A stretch of 62,871 nucleotides of DNA, filler included, from Pirum gemmata (GCA_002812295.1; 23 parts of 23 records of this genome joined end to end with filler, not necessarily neighbours in it), one strand, 5' to 3'; positions 1-15,162 are shown, counted from the first letter of the whole stretch. Made by a program: numbers and translations. Notes: generated by a model not told the origin, from the sequence alone.

Positions 1-351
1 TTCCAAGACTTTCTTATGAGCATCCGACAGCTCAGTCTTATCTCGCCTAGCTCTTACCAACTCCTGGTGATCGTTACTTCCCCAGTTTTGGTCCTCTACC
101 CAGTAACACACCGCTGGTACCAAGCTATCAGTGAGGTAGTAGATCTCATGTCTTAAAGCCCTCTCACCTTCTTCTCTGACTGCATTCTTTAATTCAGCCT
201 TCCATTGCTCCTTCTGATCGCATAGCTTATAGGCCCGCCCACAAAGGCCATAAATATTCTTTTCAACTCTAATGTCTTTGTCTATTCCGTCATCCTTGTT
301 GTTAGCCAGTTGCAAAGTGTTTGAAAGCGTGCCACCGACCCAATCCATCAT
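1..351 (-). CDS. Open frame running off the window start; hypothetical, possibly retroelement gag-like
   Basis: Stop-free from ATG at 351 (MMDWVGGTLSNTLQL...HKKVLE). More GC-rich than the flanks and next to an LTR-like segment. An upstream ATG at 479 is out of frame across a T5A7 run. Confidence 0.3.
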   Translation of the reverse strand, partial: MMDWVGGTLSNTLQLANNKDDGIDKDIRVEKNIYGLCGRAYKLCDQKEQWKAELKNAVREEGERALRHEIYYLTDSLVPAVCYWVEDQNWGSNDHQELVRARRDKTELSDAHKKVLE

Positions 352-479
352 TTTGTTGCCGATTGATTCTGGTCCATCTGAGCTATGCCAGGATAAGAAG
401 CCCTGGCTTCGTGCCAGGTTTTTTTAAAAATGTTAGGCTCTTCATCCTCAGTCTCGATGATTTTTCTTTCTATCAACAT

Positions 480-921
480 TGTAGTAATATACGTTAATAT
501 GTAAAAGCTCTACGGTTTTATTCTTCGAGATTCGAACCGAAAGGTCAAGCTGGTATATATATATGTATTATTTACGTCTCGTTATGATTGTGTTTAACAA
601 TATATTTTAAGTATTCTTTATTGAGTGAAAAATATTAACGAGTTTGTAGTTATTACAATGTTATCTCTAATCTTATGTTTTTATAATTTCTTCTCTCCCT
701 TATGCTTTTCCTCCTCCCTTTATATACAACTTTTAAACCCAACAGAGAAACCATCTCTTATAGTTCAAACAACATTTGTTTTTAGCTACCTTGCCCGTTT
801 CTCTTTCTACTAAGGCCCAAAGCCTTAAACTCATTTTTTCCTTTACTCCTGTTCCGAACTTGACATGACGTCATTACGTCTGCTCGAGTTCGAAACTCAC
901 CTCGAACACTCAAGCTGTGAC
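480..921 (-). mobile_element. Candidate LTR
   Basis: TGT...ACA termini. On the minus strand a TATATATA is followed by AATAAA before the ORF. No tRNA PBS and no second LTR are visible. Confidence 0.3.
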
Positions 922-1357
922 ATTCTTTCTATTTTTTTTTTTTTTTTTTTNNNNNNNNNNNNNNNNNNNNNNNNNNNNNNNNNNNNNNNNNNNNNNNNNN
1001 NNNNNNNNNNNNNNNNNNNNNNNNNNNNNNNNNNNNNNNNNNNNNNNNNNNNNNNNNNNNNNNNNNNNNNNNNNNNNNNNNNNNNNNNNNNNNNNNNNNN
1101 NNNNNNNNNNNNNNNNNTTTTTTTTTTTTTAATTTTTTTTTTTAAAAAACCCTATATGTTATTTAGTACAAAAGAAAGCTCTTAATAAGCCAATAAAATA
1201 TATCAAATAAAATTATATACCTTAATAACCAATAATTTAAGTTTTAATGATTTTAAAAAAAGTTGTCGTGAAAAAAAGGGTCAATTTTGACACCTTTCAC
1301 CTAAAAATAGCTGCGGGGCTGATTGGTCCATGTAATTAATTTTAGACTCATTTTTTT

Positions 1358-1650
1358 TTAGAAGGGATAAAGGTAGGCTAAAATTACGTCATTATCAGAA
1401 ATGCCTATGAGTGTTGTTGGTGATTTGCTATTGTTTCTGTCATATGCTCTGCCTTCTTTCATATTGCGGCTAGCTAGATTATTGTAATAGCTATGTAATA
1501 GTTCGATTATTGGGGTATTGTGGGTTGTTGCTTGATTTAAATACTTGTGTACTAGTGCTATTGATCTGTCTTCAATTGTTGGTAAGTCTGTTAATTTTTG
1601 AAGTGTGGTTATTTTGATACGGTCTACTTGGCGTGTATTAGTGATTATAA
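1358..1650 (-). mobile_element. 3' fragment of a non-LTR retrotransposon ORF2
   Basis: Translates to IITNTRQVDRIKITTLQKLTDLPTIEDRSIALVHKYLNQATTHNTPIIELL..., resembling the post-RT region of Jockey/I-like LINEs. Confidence 0.55.
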
Positions 1651-1890
1651 TATTAGACTATAATATATTAATATAGAAATAATTTTAGGAAATAAGTAAT
1701 TATTATTCTTAATATTAATATCTAACTAAAATCATGCTCATAATTCGACTGTATTATTAATATTAAATTGAATTGAAAAAGAAAAATTTAATATTTTATT
1801 AATACGTACACCACTACGACTACTACATGATCATGACTATATATTTTTTTAATTAAATTAAATTTTTATATAAAACCCGGCCTACCAGGT

Positions 1891-2091
1891 AGTGCTTTTC
1901 AGTTGTTTTGTCATCATAAAATAAACAATAAGTAGTACGGAATTAATACAATATAAATCCATTTCATTTAATTTGGTATAATTTTATTATCTATGACATT
2001 TGTATTGATTTAAAAAATTTAATGTCAATTTAATTAAAGAATATAACCCTTCCAATAAATATTCAGAATGACAAAATATATGAAAAGCACG
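1891..2091 (+). mobile_element. MITE family A
   Basis: Imperfect ~23-bp TIRs (NGTGCTTTTCA...TTTTGTCA / TGACAAAA...TGAAAAGCACN); about 14 copies in the window. Confidence 0.85.
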
Positions 2092-2403
2092 ATATAAAGT
2101 TTAGATATCATAGTTTAGTTAGTACTACCGATATTGTGTTTTTCAATAGTACACAATAAGTTCAAAAAAATGTTCCAACTTTTATAAATAACACTTGGAT
2201 AACAAACAACAAACAACAAACAAAAAAACAAAAAAATAGCATTGAGCATGCCCCCACTTCTGTTGACAATAGTTTGTGAAGCTAATAAAGTTTAATTGTA
2301 AATAATCATGAATGATATCATCTTCTAGTAATTATTGTACATGAGTAAATAATAATATTATTATGTTGATAATATTGTTAATATTAATATTATTATTATT
2401 ATT

Positions 2404-2503
2404 NNNNNNNNNNNNNNNNNNNNNNNNNNNNNNNNNNNNNNNNNNNNTTAATTAATTAANNNNNNNNNNNNNNNNNNNNNNNNNNNNNNNNNNNNNNNNN
2501 NNN
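2404..2503. other. Artificial contig spacer N44-TTAATTAATTAA-N44 (first of 22)
   Basis: The same 100-bp spacer also starts at 4847, 7314, 9814, 12286, 14760, 19342, 21832, 24249, 26710, 29160, 33454, 35930, 38399, 40895, 43391, 45859, 49200, 52380, 54610, 57045 and 59516. Confidence 0.97.
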
Positions 2504-2731
2504 ATAGTCGTCTAGTCAGGTCTAGTCTAAGCGCGAGTCTAAGCTTTAGTAAAGCTTTAGTAGACTAAAGATAAATAGTAGGCTTAAACTACGTACCGCA
2601 TGGTAGAGTTAATAGTTCATAGTCGTCTAGTCAGGTCTAGTCTAAGCGCGAGTCTAAGCTTTAGTAAAGCTTTAGTAGACTAAAGATAAATAGTAGGCTT
2701 AAACTACGTACCGCATGGTAGAGTTAATAGT
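2504..2731. repeat. Tandem duplication, ~114-bp unit x2
   Basis: ATAGTCGTCTAGTCAGG...GGTAGAGTTAATAGT occurs twice. Confidence 0.9.
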
Positions 2732-2746
2732 GTATATCAATATTAT

Positions 2747-2929
2747 AGTGCTTTTCAGTTTATTTCTCATCATAAAATATACAGTAAATGATACCGAATT
2801 AATATAATATAAGTCCATTTCATTTAATTTGGTATATTTTTTTATATGTTTAATTATTTAAAAGTATCAATTTAAATATTATAAACAACCAAGTAAATAT
2901 TCGGAGTGACAAAATAAATGAAAAGCACT
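2747..2929 (+). mobile_element. MITE family A
   Basis: AT-AGTGCTTTTCA...TGAAAAGCACT-AT. Confidence 0.85.
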
Positions 2930-3117
2930 ATCGTATCAACTTCTAACAATACTTACCATTACCATCATCATTCTTGAATACTATCATATTTCCTCCCTTT
3001 TAATGATATTCAACGTTGCGAGTAAATACAGTTAAATACCATTAATTATGAGTATGATACTACGATTTTAATTTCATTATGGTTGTACCTAGATGGTTGT
3101 ACTGATAGCAAATCCAC

Positions 3118-3706
3118 TACCAATTTAAATATCATAGCCAACCAAATAAATGTGACAAAATAAATGAAAAGCACAATATTTCCTCCCTAGTAGTAGCTAG
3201 ACCCCGGTCTACTACTCCCAGTGTTGCGATTCTAAATACAGTCAAATAAACTATAATATCGATACCATTAATTATGAGTATGATACTGTTAGGACTACGA
3301 TTTTAATATTATTATCGCTTTCATTATCATCATCATTATCATCATCATTATGATTATGATTATGATTATGATTATGATTACGATTATGATTATGATTACT
3401 ATCTATTTATTCATTTAAAAATACCAATTTAAATATCATAGCCAACCAAATAAATGTGACAAAATAAATGAAAAGCACAATATTTCCTCCCTACTAGTAG
3501 TTAGACCCCGGTCTACTACTCCCAGTGTTGCGATTCTAAATACAGTCAAATATAATATCGATACCATTAATTATGAGTATGATACTGTTAGGGATTGGGA
3601 CTACGATTTTAATATTATTATCGCTTTCATTATCATCATCATTATCATCATCATTATGATTATGATTATGATTATGATTATGATTACGATTATGATTATG
3701 ATTATG
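3118..3706. repeat. Tandem duplication, ~300 bp x2, containing a family A end and an (ATTATG)n microsatellite
   Basis: TACCAATTTAAATATCATAGCC...GACCCCGGTCTACTACTCCC... repeated at ~3118 and ~3422. Confidence 0.85.
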
Positions 3707-5042
3707 GTTTGGTTATGATTGTGATTTTCAAAAATCATAATAAAGAATATTGCTGTTTTAATATTATATCAATATTAATATCAACATCAATAGCAATATT
3801 AATGTCAATACCAATATCAATGTCACTATTGTTATTCTTATTTTCGTACCATTGTTATTTGATATATTTTCTATATTATATGTACTGATAATCTGATAAT
3901 TAATACACTACTACTACCACTACTCCTCAGTTTTTTTCAGCCAATTAGATTATGTATATACTGTTATTTTCTAGTATTTTCCTGTATTTTATGGTAAAAA
4001 GGTAGGAATGAGAAGTGTTCACAACTATTTTGCAGCCTAATAACCCAACAAATGAAAATAAAAAAAGACATTTGCTCTTAAACACCTCGAAAAGCATTAA
4101 ATTCCTACCATTACCGGTGATTAACCACCACGTTCGATTTGTATTTCGAAGTTGTTTCTTAGTAAATTTCTATGTTCGAAAGTCGATCAATTAAAATGCC
4201 AGAAAGCAAAAATTGGATGCTAACAAGTGTGCAAAAAACAAGGACAAATCTGCTGCAAAAAATATTGTACTAAATTAATAAAAATACAAGCCATTTTATT
4301 CAAACTGGTATGTTTTTAATATATTTATTAACTTTAAAAAGGTCCATTTCAAATCTTCTATACAATGAATAAATAATAAAAAAAAATTAAAATTTTTGAA
4401 TCTGGCCTCTACCACCACTAGCTAGCTAGCTAGCTAGCTAGACTACACGGCTACACGGTATCACCATATCAATAGTATCAGCCCCTACCAGTATTGATAG
4501 TGGAGATTTAACGGGCCTACTATGATAGCTAGCAGCTACTAGACCTCTATACTGCACGTCTAGTTATGTAGACAATTAGACTACTGATTTTTTTTTTCAT
4601 GTATCATAGTTTTTATATATTATTATAGATATCATATCGATAAATCATAATATGACATGGTTATTATTATGATTATGATTATGATTATGATTCAATATTG
4701 TTATCAAAATAATAGTAATAATAATTTCGTATTTGTTATTATTAATTTCATTATATTTTAAACAAGTAATGATATCAATTATAATGATACAATATTATTG
4801 TTATCAAAATAATAGTAATAATAATTTCGTATTTGTTATTATTAATNNNNNNNNNNNNNNNNNNNNNNNNNNNNNNNNNNNNNNNNNNNNTTAATTAATT
4901 AANNNNNNNNNNNNNNNNNNNNNNNNNNNNNNNNNNNNNNNNNNNNGTTTCTCAGTGTGCGGTTTAATGTGGTTGATCTAAGCTATAGTCACGTAATAAT
5001 TTATAATGGCTAAGATATTACTCTATGATAGTATGTAATTAT

Positions 5043-5224
5043 TGTGCCTTTCATTTATTTTGTCACTCCGAATATTTATTTGGAGGGTTATAATCTTTCA
5101 ATTGACATTTTTAAATCAATACATAAATAATAAAAGACACCAAATTAAATTACATGGTTCATATTGAATTAATTTGGTACTATTTATTGTATATTTTATG
5201 ATGACAAAACAACTCAAAAGCACG
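5043..5224 (-). mobile_element. MITE family A
   Basis: Reverse-complement copy with both TIRs. Confidence 0.8.
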
Positions 5225-6076
5225 ATATACTAAAATTATGAACTTAGCTAGCTAGAGTTATGCTCAACTCACTCACATGCTGTAGCTAAATATTATGATA
5301 AAGCGATATATTTTGTAAGGTACCGGTACTATTACGAAAAGTATTAACACAACAACTGAAAACCGAACGAAAATCAAATTATTAACTTATATACCAAAGT
5401 ATTATGAAACAAATCAACCACAACTTTAACTATATTACTGTGACAAGCTTAAAAGGTCATCCAGGATTTTGTAGCCTTATTAATCCCTGACATCATGCTA
5501 TATATGTATGTAATTATTTTATGTATATTAATTTAATATATTATATCTCCCAATTAATGTTGTATTTTATAAATAGGTTCAATTATACACTTAAACAGTA
5601 CCAAATTAAATATTGAGAGAGGACACTGTAATGAAGTAGACGATATAAATTATTTATCCACCTATCCATACCTAATTTAACCTGTGAACTTTAACTCCTC
5701 CACCTTAATAGAGTCTAGCTATAATATATTAATGTTCTTTTTAATTTGTAAATAAGTGTATAATTAATATTGAACTTGTTTATAAAATACAACATTAATT
5801 AAGTATAAACATTTAGGTAATTTATACCAAATTAATTAAAACATGTCTGATAGTTTAACCATTATAATAATTTGATATGTTTATTTCAGTTTTTGAATCG
5901 GGCAACACTATTGAAAAACACGATAGAACAAAAGACAGTCAAAAGGTCAAAACGTTACCGAAAACATGTCTGATAGTTTAACGATAATAAAAATTTGGTA
6001 CCTTTATGTCGACAGCTATGTCGACCCCCCACCTATCCATACTAATTTAACCTGTGAATTTTATTCCCCCCCCCCC

Positions 6077-6285
6077 CAACTCAAATTTCTGCTGTCGAAA
6101 AAAAAAAAGCCGAAATTCAGCACTAATTCAGCCATGTTCGAAAAGTATTTTTTCCATTTTTCGGGTTTATAAATAAATAAATATATTCGAATACTTCACT
6201 GTTAGCTTAAACTTTTCGAACTTATTTAATTAATACATAAGCTCGAAAACTCAATTTTTAAACAAAGCAGAATTGGGAGAAGCCT
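6077..6285 (+). mobile_element. MITE family D, 5'-truncated
   Basis: Ends in GCAGAATTGGGAGAAGCCT; body matches 26411-26635. Confidence 0.75.
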
Positions 6286-6437
6286 AGCTAGTTAGCTAAC
6301 ACTAGCTAGTAGCTACCCCACTCAGACTATGATAGGCAAGTATAGGCATTGACGTTTTTATTGTATAGGCATTGCCTATTGATATGATAGCTCCAAGTAG
6401 CTAGTTTACGGTGGACTACTACTACTACTACTACTAT

Positions 6438-6621
6438 CGGGGTTTTCATTTATTTTGTCACTCTGAATATTTATTTGGAGGGTTATAATTTTTAAATTGA
6501 CATTTTTAAATAAATAAATAGATAATAAAATATACCAAATTAAATTAAATGGATTTATATTGTATTAATTTGGTACTATTTATTGTATATTTTATGATGA
6601 CAAAAACAACTGAAAAGCACT
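6438..6621 (-). mobile_element. MITE family A
   Basis: Reverse-complement copy. Confidence 0.8.
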
Positions 6622-6669
6622 ATACTACTAGCTATTACAGTCTAGTAGTGATAGCACTATCATCGACTA

Positions 6670-6858
6670 GGGAACATTCATAAAGGACGTCACTTATTCT
6701 TTGATAAAAGTCATTGTTCGAAAGTGTGACTTAAACTGTTTTAGGCAGAAAAATGAACTTTATTAAAATTATGACCAAAAGTGTTTTGGGCAAAGAGGAA
6801 TAGGTATTAAAACTTAAAGATTAGGTTAGGTGACATCCTTTATGGATGATTGATTCCC
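6670..6858. mobile_element. Harbinger-like MITE
   Basis: TIRs GGGAACATTCATAAAGGACGTCAC / GTGACATCCTTTATGGATG..TTCCC. Confidence 0.65.
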
Positions 6859-6978
6859 TATTACTACGCATAGAATCCTGTTTTAGTATTATCATAGTCC
6901 TGCTAGCTAGTAGACGGGGGGGTCTAGGTAGGTAGTAGAGCTATTGGTTTTTAGAAATTTAATTAAAAACTCAATCCT

Positions 6979-7197
6979 TGTGCTTTTCAGTTATTTTGTA
7001 GGTTAGTTTGTCCTGTATTTTGTCAGGAAAAAATATACAATAACAAGTACCAATAAATACTATATCAAATCTATTTGATACAATGTCGATTTGATACAAT
7101 GTAATTAATATTGTTATTATTTCTTTTTTAATTTTCAAAATAATGTACCAAATAAATGGTCGAAGTGACAAAAATAAACATGAAGCCTGAAAAGTAC
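6979..7197. mobile_element. MITE, family A-related variant
   Basis: TGTGCTTTTCAG...CTGAAAAGTACT termini with a diverged interior. Confidence 0.6.
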
Positions 7198-7497
7198 TAC
7201 CAGTAGTGAAAAGCAGGATATTTATCGATACTGGGATATTTAACCTGGGGTTCTGTACTATAGACTACACTCATGTAAAACTGGGTTAGGGTTAGGGTTA
7301 GGGTTAGGGTTAGNNNNNNNNNNNNNNNNNNNNNNNNNNNNNNNNNNNNNNNNNNNNTTAATTAATTAANNNNNNNNNNNNNNNNNNNNNNNNNNNNNNN
7401 NNNNNNNNNNNNNTTTTCTTTTAAATATATATATTGCTGTTATTCCTTTATTTATTTTTTATTGTATTATTATTATTTATTGATGGGTGGTGGGTGG

Positions 7498-7528
<31 letters not shown>

Positions 7529-7856
7529 CGCTTTTATTTATTTGTTGTTGTTATTATTATTATTGTTATTATTTATTTTTTTTGCTAGACACGATACCTA
7601 GCTGCTTCTTTTTACTGCTTATTTATTTATTTATTATTATTATTTATTACTATGATCTTTTCTTTTCTTTTCTTTTCTTTTCTTTTCTTTTCGTTTAAAT
7701 ATATATATTGCTGTTATTCCTTTATTTATTTTTTATTGTATTTTTATTTTTTATTATTTCTATTATTTTTATTTATTACTGTTATTATTATTAGTTTATT
7801 TGTTTATTATTTATTTATTTTTGATTTATGTTATTTTATTTTATTATTATTATTAA

Positions 7857-7900
<44 letters not shown>

Positions 7901-7983
7901 GTTTTCGTTATTATTATTTAGTTTTGCGCTAGACATGATACCTGCTGTTTCTTTTACCCTACTCCCGAAAATTTAACTTGTAG

Positions 7984-8341
7984 TCCTCAGGGAAATTATT
8001 GTTATTGCGATTGCGCTATTGTCAAAAGTATTGCTAATATAACCTGTGAAACTTACTATTGCTCCATTTATAAATTTTCAATGCATCAATTATTTGTCCA
8101 CGACGTAGCCTGTTGGCATGAGGAACCTCCAAGTTTACAACCCGTTTGTTTATTTTACACAGTTTGGGATTCTAGTATTAATTATTGTTCTCACGGTTGG
8201 CTCCCACCCCACCATCATCCTTGGTTGTCGTCTAAGTTTATAAATGAAGTTAAGGTTGATACTGATACAAAAAGAATAAATCAAAGTCAATCTAATTATA
8301 AAAACAATCATGAATTTGATTTCAAAAAAAAAGGAAAATGA
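7984..8341 (+). CDS. Possible Cys-rich exon, unknown product
   Basis: Follows a TTGTAG acceptor; open as PQGNYCYCDCAIVK...MHQLFVHDVACW... to TGA. No family recognised. Confidence 0.25.
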
Positions 8342-8650
8342 CAAAGTGCAATTATCATCAATAGTGATGATGCGTAATTTTAATAAGGGGATCCGATTCT
8401 AAATCCATTTTTATTGGGTTAGGGTAAGGGTTTACCGTGTTTTTTATAAATTATTATATAAAACTGCACCGTAAATACCACAATGTACTAAGAACTATTC
8501 AAATAACAACCCCCCTCCCTTTTTTATTATTCAAGGATCGTTAAAAGTTAGTTATATTGACAGAAAAAGGTTTGAATAATAGTATGGAAATATTAATAAT
8601 ACTATTTGTAGTTTGTACTCCTATATGTAAATGTGTGGTTTTATGTATGT

Positions 8651-9813
8651 ATACTTAAAAAAAATGACTTTTTGGAATTTTTAGAATCTCGTGCGAGCAT
8701 TTTTAGAAGTGCTAAAAGTATACTTTAATTGAAATAGTAAATTATTATTTGGCTGTAATAAGAAAATATTATTGTAAAATAGTCATTATTATAGAGCATA
8801 TTAGTTTTCTTGATTGTTTGCAATACTTAAAAAAAATTACTTTTTGGAATTTTTTGAATCTCGTGCGAGTATTTTTAGAAGTGCTAAAAGTACACTTTAA
8901 CTAAAATAGTAAATTATTATTTAGCAGTAATAAGAAAATACTATTGTAAACTTATTCATTATTATACAGAGCATAATAGTTTTCTTGATTGCTTGTAATA
9001 CTTTTTACAACTACTAAAAGTAGCATATTCATGGCAGTATATATGGTAATATTAGTAGATTCCTTTTACATTTGTTCAGATTGATGTCACAGCCGGTTGC
9101 TCTGACTTTACAATGACTTTAAATTACTCCCTGGAAATTTTTTGAAGTTCTGAATATTTTTATTTTTAGAGAAGCTAAAAGTACACTTTAAAATAGTAAA
9201 TTATAATTTGGCAGTAATAAGAAATTGCTATTGTGAACTAGTTCATTATTATATAGAGTATATTAATTTTCTTGATGCTTGCAATACTTAGAAAAGCTAA
9301 AAGTATACTTTGAAATAGTAAATTATAATTTGGCAGTATTAAGAAATTGCTATTGTGAAATAGTTCATTATTATACAGAGTATATTAATTTTCTTGATGC
9401 TTGCAATACTTAGAAAAGCTAAAAGTATACTTTGAAATAGTAAATTATAATTTGGCAGTATTAAGAAATTGCTATTGTGAAATAGTTCATTATTATACAG
9501 AGTATATTAATTTTCTTGATGCTTGCAATACTTAGANTATACAGAGTATATTAATTTTCTTGATGCTTGCAATACTTAGAAAAGCTAAAAGTATACTTTG
9601 AAATAGTAAATTATAATTTGGCAGTATTAAGAAATTGCTATTATGAACTAGTTCATTATTATACAGAGTATATCAATTTTCTTGATGCTTGCAATACTTA
9701 GAAAAGCTAAAAGTATACTTTAAAAGAGTAAATCATAATTTGGCAGTAATAAGAAATTGCTATTGTGAACTAGTTCATTATTATATAGAGTATATTAATT
9801 TTCTTGATGCTTG
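8651..9813. repeat. Satellite: ~172-bp units followed by 122-bp units
   Basis: Long units start at 8651 and 8823; GCAATACTTAGAAAAGCT-type short units start at 9281, 9403 and 9525. Confidence 0.9.
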
Positions 9814-10767
9814 NNNNNNNNNNNNNNNNNNNNNNNNNNNNNNNNNNNNNNNNNNNNTTAATTAATTAANNNNNNNNNNNNNNNNNNNNNNNNNNNNNNN
9901 NNNNNNNNNNNNNAAAAGTAATACTTTAAATATTTTTTTATTATTAAAGTTAACTAATTTTATAAAATGCTAATATTACAGACTCCATTAATATTATTAA
10001 TAAATTATATATATATATAGAGAGAGAAAGTAAAAAAGGTTCTAAAACCTTTTTTAAAATTTCGAACACAAAATGTCGAGCTTTTTTTTTTTTTTTATGA
10101 TAATTAAAAAAAAACTAATAATAATAATATAATAAAAAAGATAAATACAATCCAAGACTAATAATGAAAAAATTATATATTTAATTTTTTCATTTTTTAG
10201 TGAACTGTTTTGTTATCAATTAAAAATAATCCAATAAAATGCACATAATAATATTATATTATCTTCTTGTAGACAAATTTAAGAGTGTTCTTTTTTTTGT
10301 TTCTTATGATGTCCACTATTATTATTTTTATATTATCGCATTTATAACATAATTCATATCGTTATATGAATTACTAAACGACCATGCAATAATGTAAAAA
10401 ACTAACTCAAAACAATAACTGTCATAGCATAAACGAGTTGGCAATTATTCAAAGGAATAAAAACGATTGAAAAGGCACACAACCACATACACAACCACAC
10501 ACTCATACACAAACACAGGCAAACAAACAAACACACACACAACGCACACACACACAGACTAGACACACAAAAACAATACCACACATCACATAAACACCAT
10601 TACACAATATCACGCACACAACATATACACCTTAAAGAAAGATAATATATCAAAATAACTACAAACACTTTTAAACACTTGATGAAGTTATAATACACAT
10701 ATAACATAGTTGTAATACCCATATATGTCAAACAAATTAAACCAAACCACATATATATACAAGTACT

Positions 10768-12161
<1,394 letters not shown>

Positions 12162-12629
12162 CTATTATTAATATAAAATCATTATGATTATTATTATGAC
12201 CATTATGATGATCTACTATTACTATTACTATCATTATTACTATTACTATTATTATTACTATTATTATTATTATTATTACTATTACNNNNNNNNNNNNNNN
12301 NNNNNNNNNNNNNNNNNNNNNNNNNNNNNTTAATTAATTAANNNNNNNNNNNNNNNNNNNNNNNNNNNNNNNNNNNNNNNNNNNNTAATAATAATAATAA
12401 TAATAATAGATGATAGATGACAGAGATCAGCTATGATTATTACCTCGATCCTCGATAACTTTAAAACTATATTATCAACCTGTCAAAATCAAAAAAGAAA
12501 TATTAAACTAATAAACTAAAATATTTACTCATAATATTTCCATATTTTTTAATAATCAAACCCTCTAATAACATTATTTTTAATATTAAAAACAAAACAT
12601 TGTTAAATAGAGCATTAACTCTTTGCAGT

Positions 12630-14507
12630 ATGGGTTTATTATTTTCGAAATTATGGACGTTATTTTTTTCTACAGAAGAGGTGAAAGTGATTATAGTTGG
12701 ATTGGATAATGCTGGCAAAACGACCATACTGTACAATTTGTAATTATATTTTTAATTATCGTATTGAAATATGTATTCATTTGTTTTGTACAATTGATAT
12801 ATTACTATGTTTTAAAAATGCGTTTGGTATTTATATTTTTACTATTCTTTTACATGCTATTTCTTTATAACTAACTTTATTTTATTAGGCTAGTCGGTGA
12901 AGTACTTGTCACGTCACCTACAATCGGAAGTAACGTGGAAGAAATAACATACAGAAATTTTAAATTTGTTATGTGGGATATTGGTGGACAGGAATCTCTG
13001 AGAACCACTTGGAGTACTTATTTTGTAGATACACAGGTTAGCGTTATGTCTTTGTTTGTTGTTGTTAAGGTGCATCATAATGTAGTATAATATATATAAT
13101 ATTACTTTTAAATATATACAAATTCTTAATCTATATTTAAAAGTGTAATATTCTAATTGTATGTATAGTATTTATATATTAATACAATGTATAAATTCAC
13201 GTTCAAAAGCCTGTATAATAACCAATAGAATTTAAATATATTTTTTAAATTTTAATCAACATAACTATTATACATTAAAAACCAAACAAATCGAGATTAA
13301 CTTTTTATATTAGTTTTTTAACAATAATAAAATAAAATATGTTTATTTTATTTGTTTTATTTTGATTAATTTTTTTCTATTTCACTTTTAACACAATTAA
13401 ATATTGTTTTTAAACAATAAATTCAATAAGAAATTACGGATTATAATTTAAATATACTGTCAAGTAATAATTTTACTTAGAATTAATGATAATTTAAATA
13501 AACATTGAAAAGGGGTTAGGGTTAGGGATATAATCAATAAGAAATTACAGCTTGTAATTTAAATAAAACAAGAAGTAATATATTCACTTGGAATTAATGA
13601 TAATTTAAATAACCAATGAAAAACGTGTAATAAAATTAAGAATATGACCTAGAACCAAAATACAAAAATAATCCATGTAGTCTAAAGAGGTAAATTTATA
13701 TTTCAAACTTAGTATTAAATAGTAATGGATATAATCGCTTGTTTCATAAAATTCACTAATTTCAGATAGAAAATACTCTCTTCATATATTATTGTTAATT
13801 ATTTTATTGTTGTGTTGCTCTATTGTATTGTTGTATCATGTTTTGTGGTATTGTGGTATTGTGGTATTGTGGTATTGTGGTATTGTGATATGTGGTATTG
13901 TGGTATTTTCTTGCAATGTTGTTTTCTGTATTGTTGAATTGAATTATTTTATTATATTGCTGTTGTATTGTTGTGTTATATTTCTGCATTTATTTATAGT
14001 TATACATTGTTAGTTTGTTACTTGTGTATTGTTGTTGCATCGCCTGTGTTACATTTTTGAATTAACGTTGATTTTAACATTATATTGTATTGATTTTTAT
14101 TTATTTTTTTTAATTTTCTTGTGCAGTTTGTATTATTAGTTATTGATAGCAGTGATCGAGAACGATTGGCAATCACTAAAGAAGAATTGTATAGAATGCT
14201 TTCAGCTGAGGTAAGCGACAATCCTCTCACTACTCTAATTACATATGGCACTTTGAATTATTATAAGGCATATTATTATCAGTTTCAAAAAACTTAGTGC
14301 CCTATTTCCTATTTTTTGTCTCCTCATTTGTAAGGAAAAATAAAATAAATGTCTCAATTGCGTGGTAAATATTCCTCTAACTTCTGTTAATTATTTACGG
14401 TTGATTATCATAATATTTAAATAATAAGGATTTAAAAAAAGCTAATATCTTAATATATGCGAATAAACAAGATGTGGAAAATGCTATGAATGCCGCTGAA
14501 ATAACAG
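12630..14507 (+). CDS. ARL5: ADP-ribosylation factor-like GTPase 5 (exons 12630-12739, 12889-13036, 14127-14210, 14429-14507; 3' end missing)
   Basis: Spliced MGLLFSKLW...GLDNAGKTT...PTIGSNVE...[10 protein letters not shown]...ANKQD; all four exons join in frame at GT-AG sites. Confidence 0.93.
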
Positions 14508-15162
14508 GTTTTTCGTTTATTATTTTTTTTGTTTAGTTTATTTTGTTCGGTTTTGTCTTGTTTTGTTTTGTTTTGTTTTGTTGTTGTTACTTTAGCTATA
14601 CTTGTTTTTTTTTTTTTTTACACATTTATATATTTAATTTGTTTTGTTCTCCGATGTAAAGAAAGAAAACAAGCAAAAATTAAAATTAAAACAAAAATAA
14701 AGAACATTCACAAAACATTCAAAATCAGAAAACAAACACATACCTTTGCATTATTTGTTNNNNNNNNNNNNNNNNNNNNNNNNNNNNNNNNNNNNNNNNN
14801 NNNTTAATTAATTAANNNNNNNNNNNNNNNNNNNNNNNNNNNNNNNNNNNNNNNNNNNNAAAAAAAAAAAAAAAATAAGCATCAAAAAAAGTCTTTTTTT
14901 TTTTTTCAAGTTTCTTATCATGTGATACAAAAAGACCAAATATTACAAATCTATCTATCGATACCTGCAAATCATACAAATTATTACTACATTACAAAAG
15001 TAACAAAACAAGACAAACTAGGTATGATTTAACTATCTACAAACTATCTTTGTAAAATTACAAACATGGTATAATGTTTACAAGATTTTTGAGTTGATTT
15101 CATTGCTGACTCATGGATGTACAGCACATAGACTAATATGTATAGATGAACTCAACCAACAA

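Noticed and set aside
415..435. T5A7C run as a programmed -1 frameshift site
   Set aside because: No X XXY YYZ heptamer in the required frame; a homopolymer indel is simpler.
2448..2459. TTAATTAATTAA recurring about every 2.4 kb like a regular repeat array
   Set aside because: Always centred in N44 runs; it is an artificial six-frame stop linker.
7414..7921. Leu/Ile/Tyr-rich ORFs here and similar ones (e.g. 11102, 13792, 33235, 36597, 52829, 60006-60523)
   Set aside because: They are translations of microsatellites or introns.
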